Notes: a model not told the origin generated them from the sequence alone. A stretch of DNA of 64,000 bases from Hypanus sabinus (GCF_030144855.1 NC_082725.1:20832001-20896000), one strand, 5' to 3'; shown: positions 11,325-24,712, counted from the stretch's first letter. Numbers and translations are program-made.

Positions 11325-12460
11325 ATGGAGTCATAGAACTAAGGACAGAAAAAGGCCTTTTGGCCAATCTAATCCATGCTAAACTGTTTAAACTGCCTAG
11401 TCCCATTGACTTGCACCCAGGCCCTCCATACCCCTCCCATCCATGTACCTATTCAAACCTCTCCTAAATGTTGAAATCACATCCACCACTTGTATTGGCA
11501 GCTCATTCCACACTTTCACCATTGTTTGAATAAGTTTCCCCTCATATTCCCTTGAAACATTTCACCTTTCACCTGAACCTATGACTTATAGTTGTAGTCT
11601 CTCACCCAACATCCTCGTAGACTTTCTCTGTATTCTTTCAACCACCTTTACATCTTTCTTTTAGGTAGGTGACCAAATCTGTACACAATACTCCAAATTA
11701 GGCCTTGCCAACATCGTTTACAACTTCATAACATCCCAACTCCTATACTGTGTGCTTTGATCGATGAAGGTCAATGTGCCAAAAGCTTTCTTTACGACCC
11801 TATCTACTTGTGACACCATTGTCAATGAATCCCAGAACCTTTTGTTCTATCTCGTTCCTCCGTGTCCTACTGCTCACTGAGTAAGACCTACACTGGCTGC
11901 TCCACCCAAAGTGCAACACCTCACACTTGTCTGTATTAAATTCCAGCTGGTTCAGATCCTGCTGCAAATTTGCTGTCCACTACAATCTTGGTGTAAAATT
12001 TCTCTGTATTCTTTCAAACTTATTTACATCTTTTATGTAGGTAGATGACCAAAACTGCACATATGTCAAATGCTTTGCTGATGTAGGCAATTGCACTGCC
12101 CTGGTAACTTTCCTAGTGACATCTTTGAAAAAGTCTATAAGATTGGTTAGACACGACCTACCACACGCAAAGCCATGCTGACTATCCCTATTTATTCCCT
12201 GCCTATCCCAAATACTCATATATCCAGTCTCTTAGAATAACTTCCAATAACTTTCCCAGTACTAATATCAGGCTAACTGGCTTATAATTTCCTGGTTTAT
12301 TCTTAGACCATTTCCTAAACAGAGAAACAACATTAGCTATCCTCCAATACTCTGGTACATCACCTGTCGCTGAGGATGATTTAAGTATCTCTTCTAGGGT
12401 CCCTGCAACTTCTGTACTTGTATCCCACAGGGTCCAAGGGAAAACTTTGTCAGGTGTTCC
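11325..12460 (-). mobile_element. CR1 LINE fragments
   Basis: SQHGFACGRSCLTNLIDFF (11980-12219) plus a CR1 3' end near 11330. Confidence 0.75.
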
Positions 12461-12489
12461 CTCAGTACCAGCGCATGCCCTTTTCTCAC

Positions 12490-12787
12490 TGTTAACGTCA
12501 GGTAGGAGTTACAGAATCCTGAAGGCACACACTCAGCGATTCAGGAACATCTTCTTCCTCCCTGCTGTCTGACACCTAAATGAACATTGAACCCGTGAAC
12601 ACTACCTCACTTTTTAAATATATATTTCTATTTTGCATGATTTTTAATCTATTCAATATATATATATATATATATACTATAATTGATTTACTTACATTTT
12701 TTTTCTTTTATATTATGTACTGCATTGAACTAAGTTAACAAATTTCACAACACATGATTAACACAACAATAAACCTGATTCTGATTC
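12490..12787 (+). mobile_element. Rex1/L2-like LINE 3' end containing a (TA)n tract
   Basis: Ends aataaacctgattctgattc; (TA)n at about 12656-12675. Confidence 0.6.
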
Positions 12788-13031
12788 CTTGGCCACTCTG
12801 ATTTGCCTGAAGACAGCCAACACTTCCTGTAATTGTATAGGTTCTATACCCTCACTGCTGCTTTGGATCAGTTATATAGATGCTACAATTGTTTGGTATC
12901 AAAAGGTGAAAAATATTGATATGGTTAATTCGGTGTTTACTTAGCTGCAAATGACTTGTACTTCCACAATATTCACATGTGATCTAACAATACCAACCTA
13001 TTCTGTTTGTTACTTAGGATGAAGTTGCAAA

Positions 13032-14381
13032 ATGGGTATCCATGGATTGATGTCCTACATTGGAGAAAATCATCAATTTTTTGATAACATAAAATTGCAA
13101 AACACTAGAATTATAATTGATGGCAATAACTTATTTCATAGACTTTACTTTGACTCTCATTTGGATTTTAATTGTGGAGGAGAATATGATTCATTTACAG
13201 ATATCATCTGTAAGTTCTTTGGAGCTCTGTCACTTTGTAATATTTCACCATATGTGGTCTTTGATGGTGGATGTGACTATACAGATAAAAAATTTGAAAC
13301 AATCAAACAACGTGCCAGGGAAAAGATCCTAAAAGCACACTCCATTTCAAGAGGCAGAGGAGGGACTGTGTTGCCGCTACTTGGCCCAGAAGTTTTTAAA
13401 CAAGTCTTAGTGCAGTTGCAAGTACCATTTGTCCAGAGCCATTCTGAAGCAGACCGTGACATTGTTGCTCTTGCCAATCAATGGAACTGCCCTGTCTTAA
13501 CACTTGACAGTGACTTCTGCATCTTCGATCTGAAGGCTGGTTATTGTCCCCTCAATTATTTCAAGTGGGAAGAAGTAACTAGTCTTAAAGATAATTCAGA
13601 ATCCTATATTTCAGCTCAGTGTTTCTCACTTGAAAAGTTCTGCAACCATTTTAATCACATGAACAAAGCCCTTCTTCCACTCTTTGCAGTGCTGAATGGT
13701 AATGATTATATTAACCTTCCTATCCTGGAGAATTTTTTCACCGGAATACATTTCCATGCAAGGACTTCTTCAGCAGGAAGGAAGAATGCACGAATTCAAG
13801 GGCTTCTGTACTGGCTGGCTGAGTTTTCTGAGCCAGAAGAACCAATTGAAAACATTCTGAAGTCACTCAAGCAAAGAGACCGGGAGCAAGTCCGAGAAGT
13901 CCTGTGTTTTCATATGAATGAGTATTTTCAGTCAGATGTGGATCTTGCAACATACTTTAAGGACAAAGATATGAGGCCTCATGCTCCTACTGTCTTGGCT
14001 AGCAAAGCTCCAGAATGGATGTTAGCTGCTCTATTGAAAGGAGATTTGGCTCCATTTCATAGTGACTGCTTGACCTTGAGGAGAACATTCCTGCATCCTC
14101 AGGTGGAAAATATGCACAGGACCAGCAGTCACAGGTGTTCTTTGCCCATTCGTCAGATTATCTATGGTCTCCTGAGCACCAATGAGACTTTTCTTGATTC
14201 AGCATCGGATCTACCTACCAAAGCACCAGGAAAGGCCAGCCTTAAAGCTGAAGAACACAGCAAAGTACATCACGTGCAGGAATATGATAGACATGACCTA
14301 ACTCTGAAAAAAACTAACATTCAAGCAGTGCTGAAGAAATTCAATTTAAATGAAACACATTCATTGCAAAGGCTACCAGAA
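13032..14381 (+). CDS. ASTE1: Protein asteroid homolog 1 (XPG/FEN1-like PIN nuclease), first coding exon
   Basis: Motifs MGIHGL, IIDGNN, VVFDGG, SEAD, DSDF and LNGNDY. Acceptor ttacttag| at 13017; donor GAA|GTAAGA at 14381; 450 codons, phase 0. Confidence 0.95.
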
Positions 14382-14652
14382 GTAAGATTTTTTTTAATGA
14401 TTTAAGAAGTTCAGGTATTTCTAGAAATTGGATGCCACAGAACTGAAATTCAGTTAGTTTTGTATAAATTTCACTTGGTATCAGATATTGGTCAAATCGC
14501 ATTAATCATGAACCATCTAGGCACTTTGTGCTGCTGCATACTGTTGTAATTGCAAATTCTGGCCATCCTTAAGTACTTTTGAGAATGTGGGGGGAAGCTA
14601 CCTATTTCAACCATTTGTTTTTACGATGAGGATATTTCCACAATGCTATTAG

Positions 14653-15975
14653 AAACATAGAAAACCTACTGCACAATACAGGCCCTTCGGCCCACAAGGT
14701 AGTGCCGAAGAGGTCCCTACCTTAGAAATTACTAGGCTTACCTATAGCCCTCAATTTTTCTAAGCTCTATGTACCATATCCAAAATTCTTTAAAATGACC
14801 TTATTGTATCTGCCTCCACCACTGTTGCCGGCAGCCCATTCCACACATTCACCACTCTGTGAGTAAAAACTTACCCCGACATCTCTGTACCTACTGATCC
14901 CTCTGATCCTCCACACTGCCAAGAGTCTTACCATTAATACTATATTCTGCCATCATTTTTGACCTATCAAAATGAACCACTTCACACTTATCTGGGTTGA
15001 ACTCCCATCTGCCACTTCTCAGCCCAATTTTGCATCCCATCAATGTCCCTCTGTAACCTCTGACAGCCCTCCACACTATCCACAACACCCCCAACCTTTG
15101 TGTCATCAGCAAACTTACTAACCCATCCCTCCACTTCCACATCCAGGTCATTTATAAAAATCACCAAGAGCAAGGGTCCCAGAACAGATCCCTGAGGTGC
15201 TCCACTGGTGACTGACCTCCATGCAGAATATGATCCGTCTACAACCACTCTTTGTTTTCTTTGGACAAGCCAGTTCTGGATCCACAAAGCAACATCCCCT
15301 TGGATCCCATGCCTCCTTACTTTCTCAAAAAGCCTTGCATGGGGTACCTTATCAAATGCCTTGCTGAAATCCATATACGTACACTACATCTACTGCTCTT
15401 CCTTCATCAATGTGTTTAGTCACATCCTCAAAAAATTCAGTCAGGCTTGTAAGGCACGACCTGCCCTTGACAAAGCCATGCTCACTATTCCTAATCATAT
15501 TATTATATCTCTCCAAATGTACATAAATCCTGCCTCTCAGGATCTTCTCCATCAACTTACCAACCACTGAGGTCAGACTCATGTGTCTATAATTGCCTGG
15601 GGAATAAAGGAACAACATTCGCAACCCTCTAATCCTCTGGAACCTCTCCCGTCCCCATTGATGATGCAAAGATCATCACCAGAGGCTCAGCAATCTCCCT
15701 CGCCTTCCACAGTAGCCTGGGGTACATCTCATCCAGTCCTGGCAACTTATCCAACTTGATGCTTTCCAAAAGCTCCAGCACATCCTCTTTCTTAATATCT
15801 ACATGCTCAGGCTTTTCAGTATGTTGCAAGTCATCGCTACAATCACCAAGATCCTTTTCCATAGTGAATACTGAAGTAAAGTATTCATTAAGTACCTCTG
15901 CTATTTCCTCCAGTTCCATACACACTTTCCTACTGTCACCCTTGATAAGTCCTATCCTTTCACGTCTTAACCTCA
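14653..15975 (-). mobile_element. CR1 LINE 3' half (RT), relatively well preserved
   Basis: MDFSKAFDKVPH, PQGSVLGPLL, SKFADDTK and HGFVKGRSCLT in frameshifted ORFs; CR1 3' tail at 14653. Confidence 0.9.
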
Positions 15976-17780
15976 TTGTATGATACAGTGAGTATGATAC
16001 TTTGCCTCTGATCTACTCTTGTAGCCATTTTATTTATCTATGGCAGACATATATATATATACCAGTGAACATTGGAAAGAAAGATCATCATAACAGTCTT
16101 GTGGAGTTGGTTCCAGTTTCACACAGAGGATACTGTCCATTGTGTGATGTACAACAAACATGCTAACTAGATAATCAGTAATAGCTGATTTTCATAAATT
16201 AATCTCCTCTTTTCCATTACTGTCAGACCAAGGAATCAACTCTGGTTCAATTAGAAGTGCAGTACGGTATGCCAGTAGCAACATAGAGTATATCTAATAA
16301 ATAAAGATTATGGTAAACGAGTAAAACTGCAGTAACTAGAGCTAAGTGATTAAGAACATATCTGCAATCCCAGCACATCTGGTTGTGAATAGTATGAACT
16401 ATTAAACAGTTTCTGGGAGGAAGAAGCTCAAAAAATATTTTCATGCTCAACATGTAGGTTCCAGTATGAGTGCTAAAGAAAATAGCATTTGCAGTCATGT
16501 TCAGTTAGATACCAAATAGTGGCTTCTTCACATTAAAGAAGCCAGTCTCCAACCAGTTTAGTTCCACACAATAACTAGTATAGGAAAGCTAATGGACCAA
16601 GTAAAATCCCAAATTGGTACTGAGGTCCTGAACTCCAAAATTAGCTGTGCGTCCAGCCAAGATGTTCCCGTATAGTTGCAATATTGGCATCCACCCAGCA
16701 ATGTCAAAAGTTGGCCAACTTTATCTCATTTACAAAAGGGGGACATACCCCTTCTCATTGCTACCATCAAGCAGGAGGTACAGGAGCCTGAAGAGCTCAC
16801 TCAATATTTCAGGACCAGCTTTATCTTTATATATTTTTTATACATATACACACACGATATATATATATATATGTACACATACTGTTACTTTAATTAGTTT
16901 TTAATTAATATATTGCAATGTACTCCTGTCATAAAACAACAGATTTCACAACGTATACCCATGATATAATAACCTGATTCTGATTAATTACTGCCCAGTC
17001 AATCCACTTACAATTAGCAAAGTGCATCAAACTTTCTTCCAACAATGATCTCAAACTTGGATCAAGGAAAAGAATTCCAAAAGTGAGTTGAAAGTAAGAT
17101 CAAGATCAAGGTGAGCTCATAAAACTGGTCAATGGCTAGAGTCAAAACGTACCTTGCACAAAGGAAGCTATCATTATAAGACTCATGCCTACTCCACTAT
17201 TTAACAAAGTAATGTTTGATCTGCCTATGCTCTCAACTCCACATTCCTAATCTATTATAGCAAAAATACAGTTGGAAACTGGCTTCTGGTTCAAAATGGA
17301 GTGATGGAAATGCTTCCTTTTTAACTTTAACTGGTTTAACTTTTTTAAGAATGTGTGGAGTTTTTACTAATTTTCATGAAGAGTTGTTTATGTGATTGTT
17401 ATAGTTTGTAGCTTTCAATCTAAGGACTATCAGAGACCATAAGAATTAGAAACAGAGTTAGGCCATTTAGCCTATTGAATCTTCTCTGCCATTCTATTAT
17501 GACTGATCTATTACCCCTTCCAACTCCATTCTCTGCCTTCTCTCTTTGATGCCCCAATTAATCAGTAACCCATCAACCTTTACTTTAAATATCCAAATGA
17601 AGTGGGGACTTCTTGCACTTGCTTCTTACATTTATGTGACACAAGCCTGTTTTCATCTGAAATTCCTTATGAGAAGTTAGATTTCTGCTTTAATCTTATG
17701 TTCCCAAGCTCAACTTTTACTAAGATGTCATTCCCTTCATTATAAATCCAAATTGAGTTATGAGATTGGTTTCTTATTTG

Positions 17781-18566
17781 TGTTATGTGCCAGCAGCAAT
17801 AGACCACAGACTCAGTTTTAATGTTAAACAATTATATTTTCAGTATCTACCCAAAACATAGACAATTAAACAAATTTCTCCCCTAAATAAAAATTAACAG
17901 TGCTATGTATTTGTAGCTCACAAACGGTGTCAGGTTTGGGAACAGTTCTTCTGAAATCTTACTCAAACGCAGTCCCGGAAATGGCAATCCAGATGATTCC
18001 AAAAATCCACAGAAACAGGTCAGGGAAAGAAACTTGTAAATCCACACTAAGATGACACGAGGCGGCGATCATGGAGAATTCCAGAGCATTCACACTGGGA
18101 AACACAATAGCAGTCACAGCTGATTCCAGACGTTGAGCAGTGTTCCAAAGTCCACGTAGGGATATTACAAGGTGACAGCCACAGAATACTCCTTAACACA
18201 AGTGGTCGCCACCTAACACACCCAAATCCATGTATGGGTTAACAAAAAGTGGTCTCCACAGGAATACTCCAGAAATACAAGTATGAATCATGTAAAGTGA
18301 CAGTCACGTATCCAATATGCACTGTGTGCTGCTAATTACCACAGTCCTCTGGACACGGAGGAGGATTAGACTCATCCACTGCTGTACTAAACTCTTTAGC
18401 TATCTCCACCCAGCTCACTCTCCTGCTGGTAGCTCGCAGTCTGCTATTCCTTCTCTTCTGAATGTTCCAGAAACCTCTCCGCATTTTGTTATTATGACGT
18501 TATCCACCTCCTCTTCCAGGTGCTTAAAATGATGCTCGCAGTAAAAGAAAATGTTGACACGTAACA
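17781..18566. mobile_element. Probable solo LTR (Gypsy-like)
   Basis: TGTTATGTG...CACGTAACA termini (TG...CA, 8/9 inverted match); 4-bp TSD TTTG (17777-17780 and 18567-18570); internal degenerate tandem units. Confidence 0.75.
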
Positions 18567-18597
18567 TTTGATATTAATTGCACACATCTTTTTGCAG

Positions 18598-18805
18598 ATT
18601 TCTATCCTGGATAGAAGCTGTTTTCTTTTAGAAACTCTGGAGGTGAAAACTGACGTGCAGGCTTTGCCAGCCAGCCTGCACTTGACAGTTTATATTACCT
18701 GCTACTGGGTAATTCATGCTGAACCAAAAGTGACACTGCATCATCTTCAAGCTCTCCTGCTTTCTATTGTAACTGGAGAATTACATAAATTAATATGCAA
18801 AACAG
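18598..18805 (+). CDS. ASTE1: ASTE1 coding exon 2
   Basis: tttgcag|ATT...ACAG|gtaat; ISILDRSCFLLETLEV...ITCYWVIHAEPKVTLHHLQALLL; 208 nt, phase-compatible with neighbours. Confidence 0.9.
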
Positions 18806-19615
18806 GTAATAAGATATCACAAAAATAATTAAGTTCTTTTCGTTGGATGTTAGAAACCAGAGTGGCATAATGTATTTGGTAGTGTACTCTGATACATTAG
18901 TTTTGGCATAGAACTACAATAATTTAACTGTAAAATTTCACTCTACTTTCATTATCTGTCAGCCAGCTTAAAGGAGGTTATACACAAAATGCTGGAGGAA
19001 CTCACAGGCCAGACAGCATCTGTGGAAAAAAGTACAGTCAGTGTTTTGAGCCGAGACCCTTCAGCAGGTTATGTTGGCCAGTGCTGTTGTTAGAATAATT
19101 TTGATGTTGAACAGTCATAGTTAGGTCAGAATGGATTGTCATTTTCAGAATTCTCTGTTACTGTTATATTGCAGATTGCATTTGTGTATTCCTATGCCAG
19201 TATAGCTTAGTGCATATTAAGAGTCCTTTACAAAACAAGGTACAGTCAATTAGGCCATTGGAAAAGTGGGTCAAGAATTAAAGTGGCAGGATGTTCACAG
19301 TTGCTTCTGCAGACAGAATCCAAGTATTATACAAAGTTTCTGCAATGCATTTAAAATGATTTCCTCTGTTGTGAACATTTGGAATTCTCTACTATAGAGG
19401 GATGTAGAGGATAGGTCACTGAACATAATTTATTTCTCAGGGAGGGTTGTGGATCAGGCAGAAAGTGAAGTTCAGGCCAAGTTTCATTCGTAAATGACAG
19501 TGCATGGTCAAGGAGTCCTCTAGCCTACCTCTGCTCCGAAATTACATTTTCCAGTAATTCTTGAGATCAAATTAAGGCAGAATGTTTAACTATGTTTTTC
19601 TTTAAACTTGTCCAG

Positions 19616-19811
19616 GTAACAGTAAGTTGATGGAGAAAGACATCGGAATTGTATATGATAGGCTTTCCCAGCTGAGGCAAAGAGGGCAGAAGATGGGAAA
19701 TCTGGACATAGATGTAGCTCATGTCTTCTGTCAGTGGCAGAGTTGTCTTCTAATGGGAATCTATTTAAATCAACTCTTGTGTTGTCCTTTTCCAACACCA
19801 GATATTACACG
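19616..19811 (+). CDS. ASTE1: ASTE1 coding exon 3
   Basis: tccag|GT...CG|gtaaga; LDIDVAHVFCQWQSCLLMGIYLNQLLCCPFPTPDITR; 196 nt. Confidence 0.9.
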
Positions 19812-21234
19812 GTAAGAAAGTACACTTATGTGTTATAGCTGGATGATCACAAAATTACTGTATAAGGAAGGAATGAACTAAATGTCATTGAGCTTTCTGG
19901 CTTCTCCTGGCTGTCCCAGCATGCGGTGATTGGAATAAGTCTGTATGAGATTTAATAAATTGGTCACCAAACTGTAGGTGATGGAAATTTGGGAATGTAC
20001 AATAAGTCAAATTGGAGGATTATAGTATTGTTTGCTACTAATAAACATCAACAGCTTGAGCAAGTTTACCAATTTTCAAACAGCCTGACAGCCTGCAATG
20101 AAGTATGTGATCGTAGATAAGCAATGGATAATATTTGAATAATTATTATCAAATATAATTCACAAACAAACACATTTGACTCTGATTCCCTTTTATGTCA
20201 AGCCAAAAAGTGGTCCGTCTGTAGCTAGCAATGAAAGCAATCGCTCAACTAAAAGATTTATTTTACTTAAAGGAGCAGTACATCTCTAAGGATTAGAAAA
20301 ACTCAGAATTCAGCAAAAGTAACATGGCAAGGATTAATATAAGGAAACAAACAGACTGCAAGGAATAGAACAGGGAAAAGGGCAAAGATCAGCAGGTATT
20401 AATATGTATCACTTGTGTACTAAGACAGGAGAGATTAAGCTATGGAATAAGGAATTTTCTTTGAGGTCAGGGAAAAGCATTTGGTTTCCTCGAACATGCA
20501 AAAGGCCCTTGCTAAGATCCACAAGAACTCTTGTGGATTGATAATAGATTATGATAGAAAAAAGTTAATGAAAATGATAATAACATTTGAAAGGCTATGG
20601 AAAATTAAACACGCCACACTTAAAAGACAAAACAAAACGTAGGGAAAGTGGAGAGCTACAGGTCAAGAATGAGAAGGTAAAAAAAAATTAGCATTTGTGA
20701 ATGTGATGAATTTGGACCTCACAGTGCTTTTGATAAGTTACTACACAAGTGAAGCATGTGGGTTTGGGGGTTAATATAACAACTGATTTGAGGATTGGAT
20801 AATGTTCTGAAACTGGCCTTTTTTGGGCTGGGAGGGCTTTTACCAGTGAGGTGCTGGGGCCCAACCTGTTCAGATTCCCTTCAACTCACTAATCTAGAAT
20901 AAGTTTTCAAGGTTATTGATAAGGCAAAGCTGGGTGGCAGTGCAAGTTATGAGAAAAATGCAGCAGAACTTCAAGAAGGTATAGAAGATGAATGGGAAGG
21001 AAAACTTAAGTGGAGTAGTGAATATGAAAACATCACTTAAGAAGGGAAAAAATTAAAAAGCTAAGCCATTTTTTAAAAGACTAGAGATAGGGAAGTAATG
21101 GTATACAGAAGGATCAAATTATCCCTCCATATCAATCATTGAAAATTAACTTAAAGACATAGCGAGCAGTTAGGAATGTAAATGGTATGTAATCCTTTAT
21201 TGCAGGAAGGATATATTACTGTCAGGAGTGCATC

Positions 21235-23970
21235 CACTGTTCCTTCTAATCTGTGTGGTGCACAGTATCTGAAATGCTGCCGTGCTCATAAGCTTAGTTG
21301 CACGCAACTGAAATTTTCTTTTGTATGTTAATATAATTTTGAAATTTTACTAATGTAACTCTGAAATCTGTCAATATAGTTCTGAAATACCCTCTAACTG
21401 TTAATGAATATGAACCACAAATTTTCTAAATAATAAACGTACCACAACCTTTACTTTAAACATTTTAAAGCTTCAATATATTTTCGTTATCAATGTTTCA
21501 AGTTAAAACACTATTACAAATTGTAACAATAAACACAGAATGGAAGTTAGTAGCTCAATGTAATAGACTGCTGATCCCCTGAGCACCAGCACCATCTAGC
21601 CAAACATGTCACTTTTGCCATTTTGCCTGTCAGTTGTTTTCACTGCCTGATATTGTTTACTTGTGTTGAGTTGTGGTTTGTGTTTGTTTGATATGAAAAA
21701 TTATATATTCTGACTTTCTAAGTAAGTAATCTCTCAAAAATATCATAATCTAATAATATTTTAATTAAAAATTCTTAGAACAAGGTAAAAAATGTTTTAC
21801 TTAAAATTGTTTGCAAGCCTGGTTATTCTACTAAAATTATATTTTTAAAATAATAATTATTATTATGGCAAAGAGCATTAATTAATTTAACAATCCAATC
21901 ACCAGCTTGAAGATTATGACCAATTCACAATATCGAGTAGCTTTAAGTGTCCTTAACAATGTTCTAGAAGATTTGGCTTCTCTTTGTAAATTCCTTCAGA
22001 AGAGCTGTTTGAATAAAATTGAAGCACTACAGTATGCAAAAGCAAAAATTACCAAGTTATGGTCACAGTATCTTGGCCATACAGTTTATTGAAGTGACGA
22101 AGTGAAAGAACTGCTTGCATCTATAAGTTCTAACGTTGATACTGTGCCTATTATTCGTTTTGTTCAACATGTGTGTAATCACCTAGATAATAGAGTTCAT
22201 GAGATGAAGTAAGAGAATGGCGAGCTTTTGACCCTGTTGCTATTGCAAACTCAACCAGTTTTGAATTTGGAAAAGAGAATGTTGTAGGGATGGCAAAAAA
22301 TGTCAGCTATAATTACGAACTACGATGAAGGCATTGCCTCAAACATCTCACAGAAATACTGTGATATTAAATTTGTTATTTATGAGAAAGTTAAGACTGG
22401 TTCAATTAAAATGTTCACTGATATAAGACCATAGGATATAAGAGCAGAATTTGGCCCATTGAGTTTGCTCTGCCATTTCTCTCTCTGCCCAATTCTGTCT
22501 TCTCCACTTCATGCCCTGACTAATCAAGAATCTATCAACCTCAGTCTTAAGTATACCCAATGCCTCCACAGCTATGAATTCCACAGATTTACCACTCTCT
22601 GGCTGAAGAAATTCCTCCTCATCTTCTTTTTAAATGGATGTCCTTCTATTCTGAGTCTGCGTCCTCTGGTCTTAGACTCTCCCACTGTAGGAAATATCCT
22701 GTTCACATCCACGCTGTTGAGGCCTTCCAACATTTGATAGGTTTTAATGAGATCTCCCCTCAATGTTCTGAATTCCAGTGAGTACAGGCCCAGAGCCATC
22801 AAATATTCTTCATGTGATAAGCCTTACAATCCTAGAAATATTTTTGTGAACCTCCTTTCAACCCTCTCCAATGTCAGCACATCCTTTCTTTGATAAGGGC
22901 CCAAAACTGCTCTCAATACTCCCAAGTGAGGCCTCACCAGTGTCTTATAAAGCCTCAAGATTACATTCTTGCTTTTATATTCTAGTTCTTTTAAAACTAA
23001 TGCTAACATTGCATTTGCCTTCCTCAACACCCGTAAAATAACCTTTAGGGAATTCCGCATGTCCCTTGGCACCTCATATTTTTTGAATGTTCTCCACCTT
23101 CAGAAAATAGTCTACACTTTTTATTTCTTCTACCAAAGTGCATGACCATACGCTTCCCAAAACTGCATTCCATCTGCCACTTCTTTGCCCATTTTCCTAA
23201 TCTGTATAAATCCTCCTGTAGTCTGTCTGCTTCCTCAACACTACCTGCCCCTCCATCTATCTTTGTACCATCCGCAGACTCGGTCACAGAGCCATCAATT
23301 CTGTCATCCAAATCATTGACATGTAATGTAAAAAGAAGTGGTTCGAACACCGACCCTCTGGAACACCACTAGTTACCAGCAGCCAACCTGAAAAGGCTCC
23401 CTTTATTCCCACTCTTTATCTCCTGTCAATCAACCAATGCTCTATTCATGCCAGTATTTTTCCTGTTGAACTACATGCTTAGAAACAAAGAATTTGAAGA
23501 ACTGTCAATTGTTGTTGACATTGTTGGAAGACAGAATCCACGTTCACAGTCAGCATGCTTCCCGTGCTGATGGTGAACGTGGATTCTGTCTTATGGATTG
23601 AATCAGATATAAATCCAGAAACAGACTAGAAGTGGAACATTTGGATGATCTAATGAGGATACATCTTTCATATGGATGTGAAATTAATCTGGATACTGTT
23701 TATAGACAATGCATTTGTAATAAAAACAGACAAGGAAAAGTTTAAAAAATGCGCAAAATTTTCTTTGTTGTACTGTATTTCATTACACCCCTCAATAAGT
23801 AAGATCAAAAGTATGTGATTTTTCAACTTACATTCTAAATATTAATAGCATGTATATCACATATTTAAAAAAACTTTGAAATTGCTGTGCAGTTTCAAGC
23901 CACTTTAACATTTCTTGCTCTGAGCAATGGTTGGTCTGTGCAGCTGTAAAAAAAATTAGAGGGAATGTTG
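21235..23970 (+). mobile_element. Decayed hAT DNA transposon with transposase remnants
   Basis: TIRs cactgttccttctaa / ttagagggaatgttg; degenerate 8-bp TSD agtgcatc / cgtgcaac; transposase-like ORF 21907-22092 and a hATC-like VERGF...RLEVEHLDDLMRI remnant at about 23570-23665. Confidence 0.75.
22423..23468 (-). mobile_element. CR1 LINE 3' fragment nested in the hAT element
   Basis: ORFs 22572-23350 (LFTLHVNDLDD, LYKTLVRPHL, RRNFFSQRVVNLWNS); 3' tail ataagaccataggatata. Confidence 0.85.
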
Positions 23971-24510
23971 CGTGCAACAGAACTTCACAACATTGATTCC
24001 TGGAATGATGGGTTATCCTTCAAGGAGAAAATATGCAGCGTGAACTAAAACTCCCAACTTTATTAGAATCAGATTCAGATGTATTATCACTTTCTTAAAT
24101 TACATTAAATTTGTTGCTTTGCAGCAGCAAATAATATAATTTCATTAAAAAACAAAATTCTTGCTGGAATAGAGGCAGGGATATGGTTCTCGGATCTGGG
24201 ATGGATAGAACCAGGGATCATTCTCAAAGTAAGTGGTCACCATGCAAGGAGATGAAGGATTCTCTTCAAAGTATACTGTATTCTGGATGGACTAGTCCAA
24301 AGAAGACTCTGGAGGCTCAGTCACTGAACACATTATAATATTGATATACTTTTGAATATCAAGGGAATGAAGGGATATGCATCCAGTTAAAAGATCAACC
24401 ATAATCTTTTTGAATGACTGATGTTATGTTTTTATGTTCTAACTAAATTAATTTCTTGAATACTACTTTAAGAAACCCTCTAATGTACATCCTGTTTCTC
24501 TTCTGCAAAG

Positions 24511-24712
24511 ACTCTATAGTGGGACTTTAATTCATTGTTTCTATGAAGAGCTGAAGTCAATTTCTGCCGCAGAGGATCTACTGGAAGGTTGCCTGGCTGC
24601 AAGTGAGATATACTCCAAACTCCTACACGCAGTGACTGCCACAGTACCAGCAGACTTTTTTAAGACGGGGAGAAAGTCCAAATCTCACAGAAAACTGAAG
24701 AAAACAAACTAA
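24511..24712 (+). CDS. ASTE1: ASTE1 last coding exon (as assembled, ends ...KLKKTN*)
   Basis: ttctgcaaag|A CTC TAT AGT GGG: (R)LYSGTLIHCFYEELKS...ADFFKTGRKSKSHRKLKKTN, TAA at 24710-24712; spliced total 651 aa. See the frameshift finding. Confidence 0.85.

Noticed and set aside
14382-14405. ASTE1 ending at 14405, as the ORF track implies
   Set aside because: The ORF simply runs past a canonical donor at 14381; three further in-phase exons follow.
17960-18320. Degenerate repeats as a CRISPR-like array
   Set aside because: Irregular, diverged units inside a vertebrate solo LTR; no constant repeat-spacer period and no cas genes.
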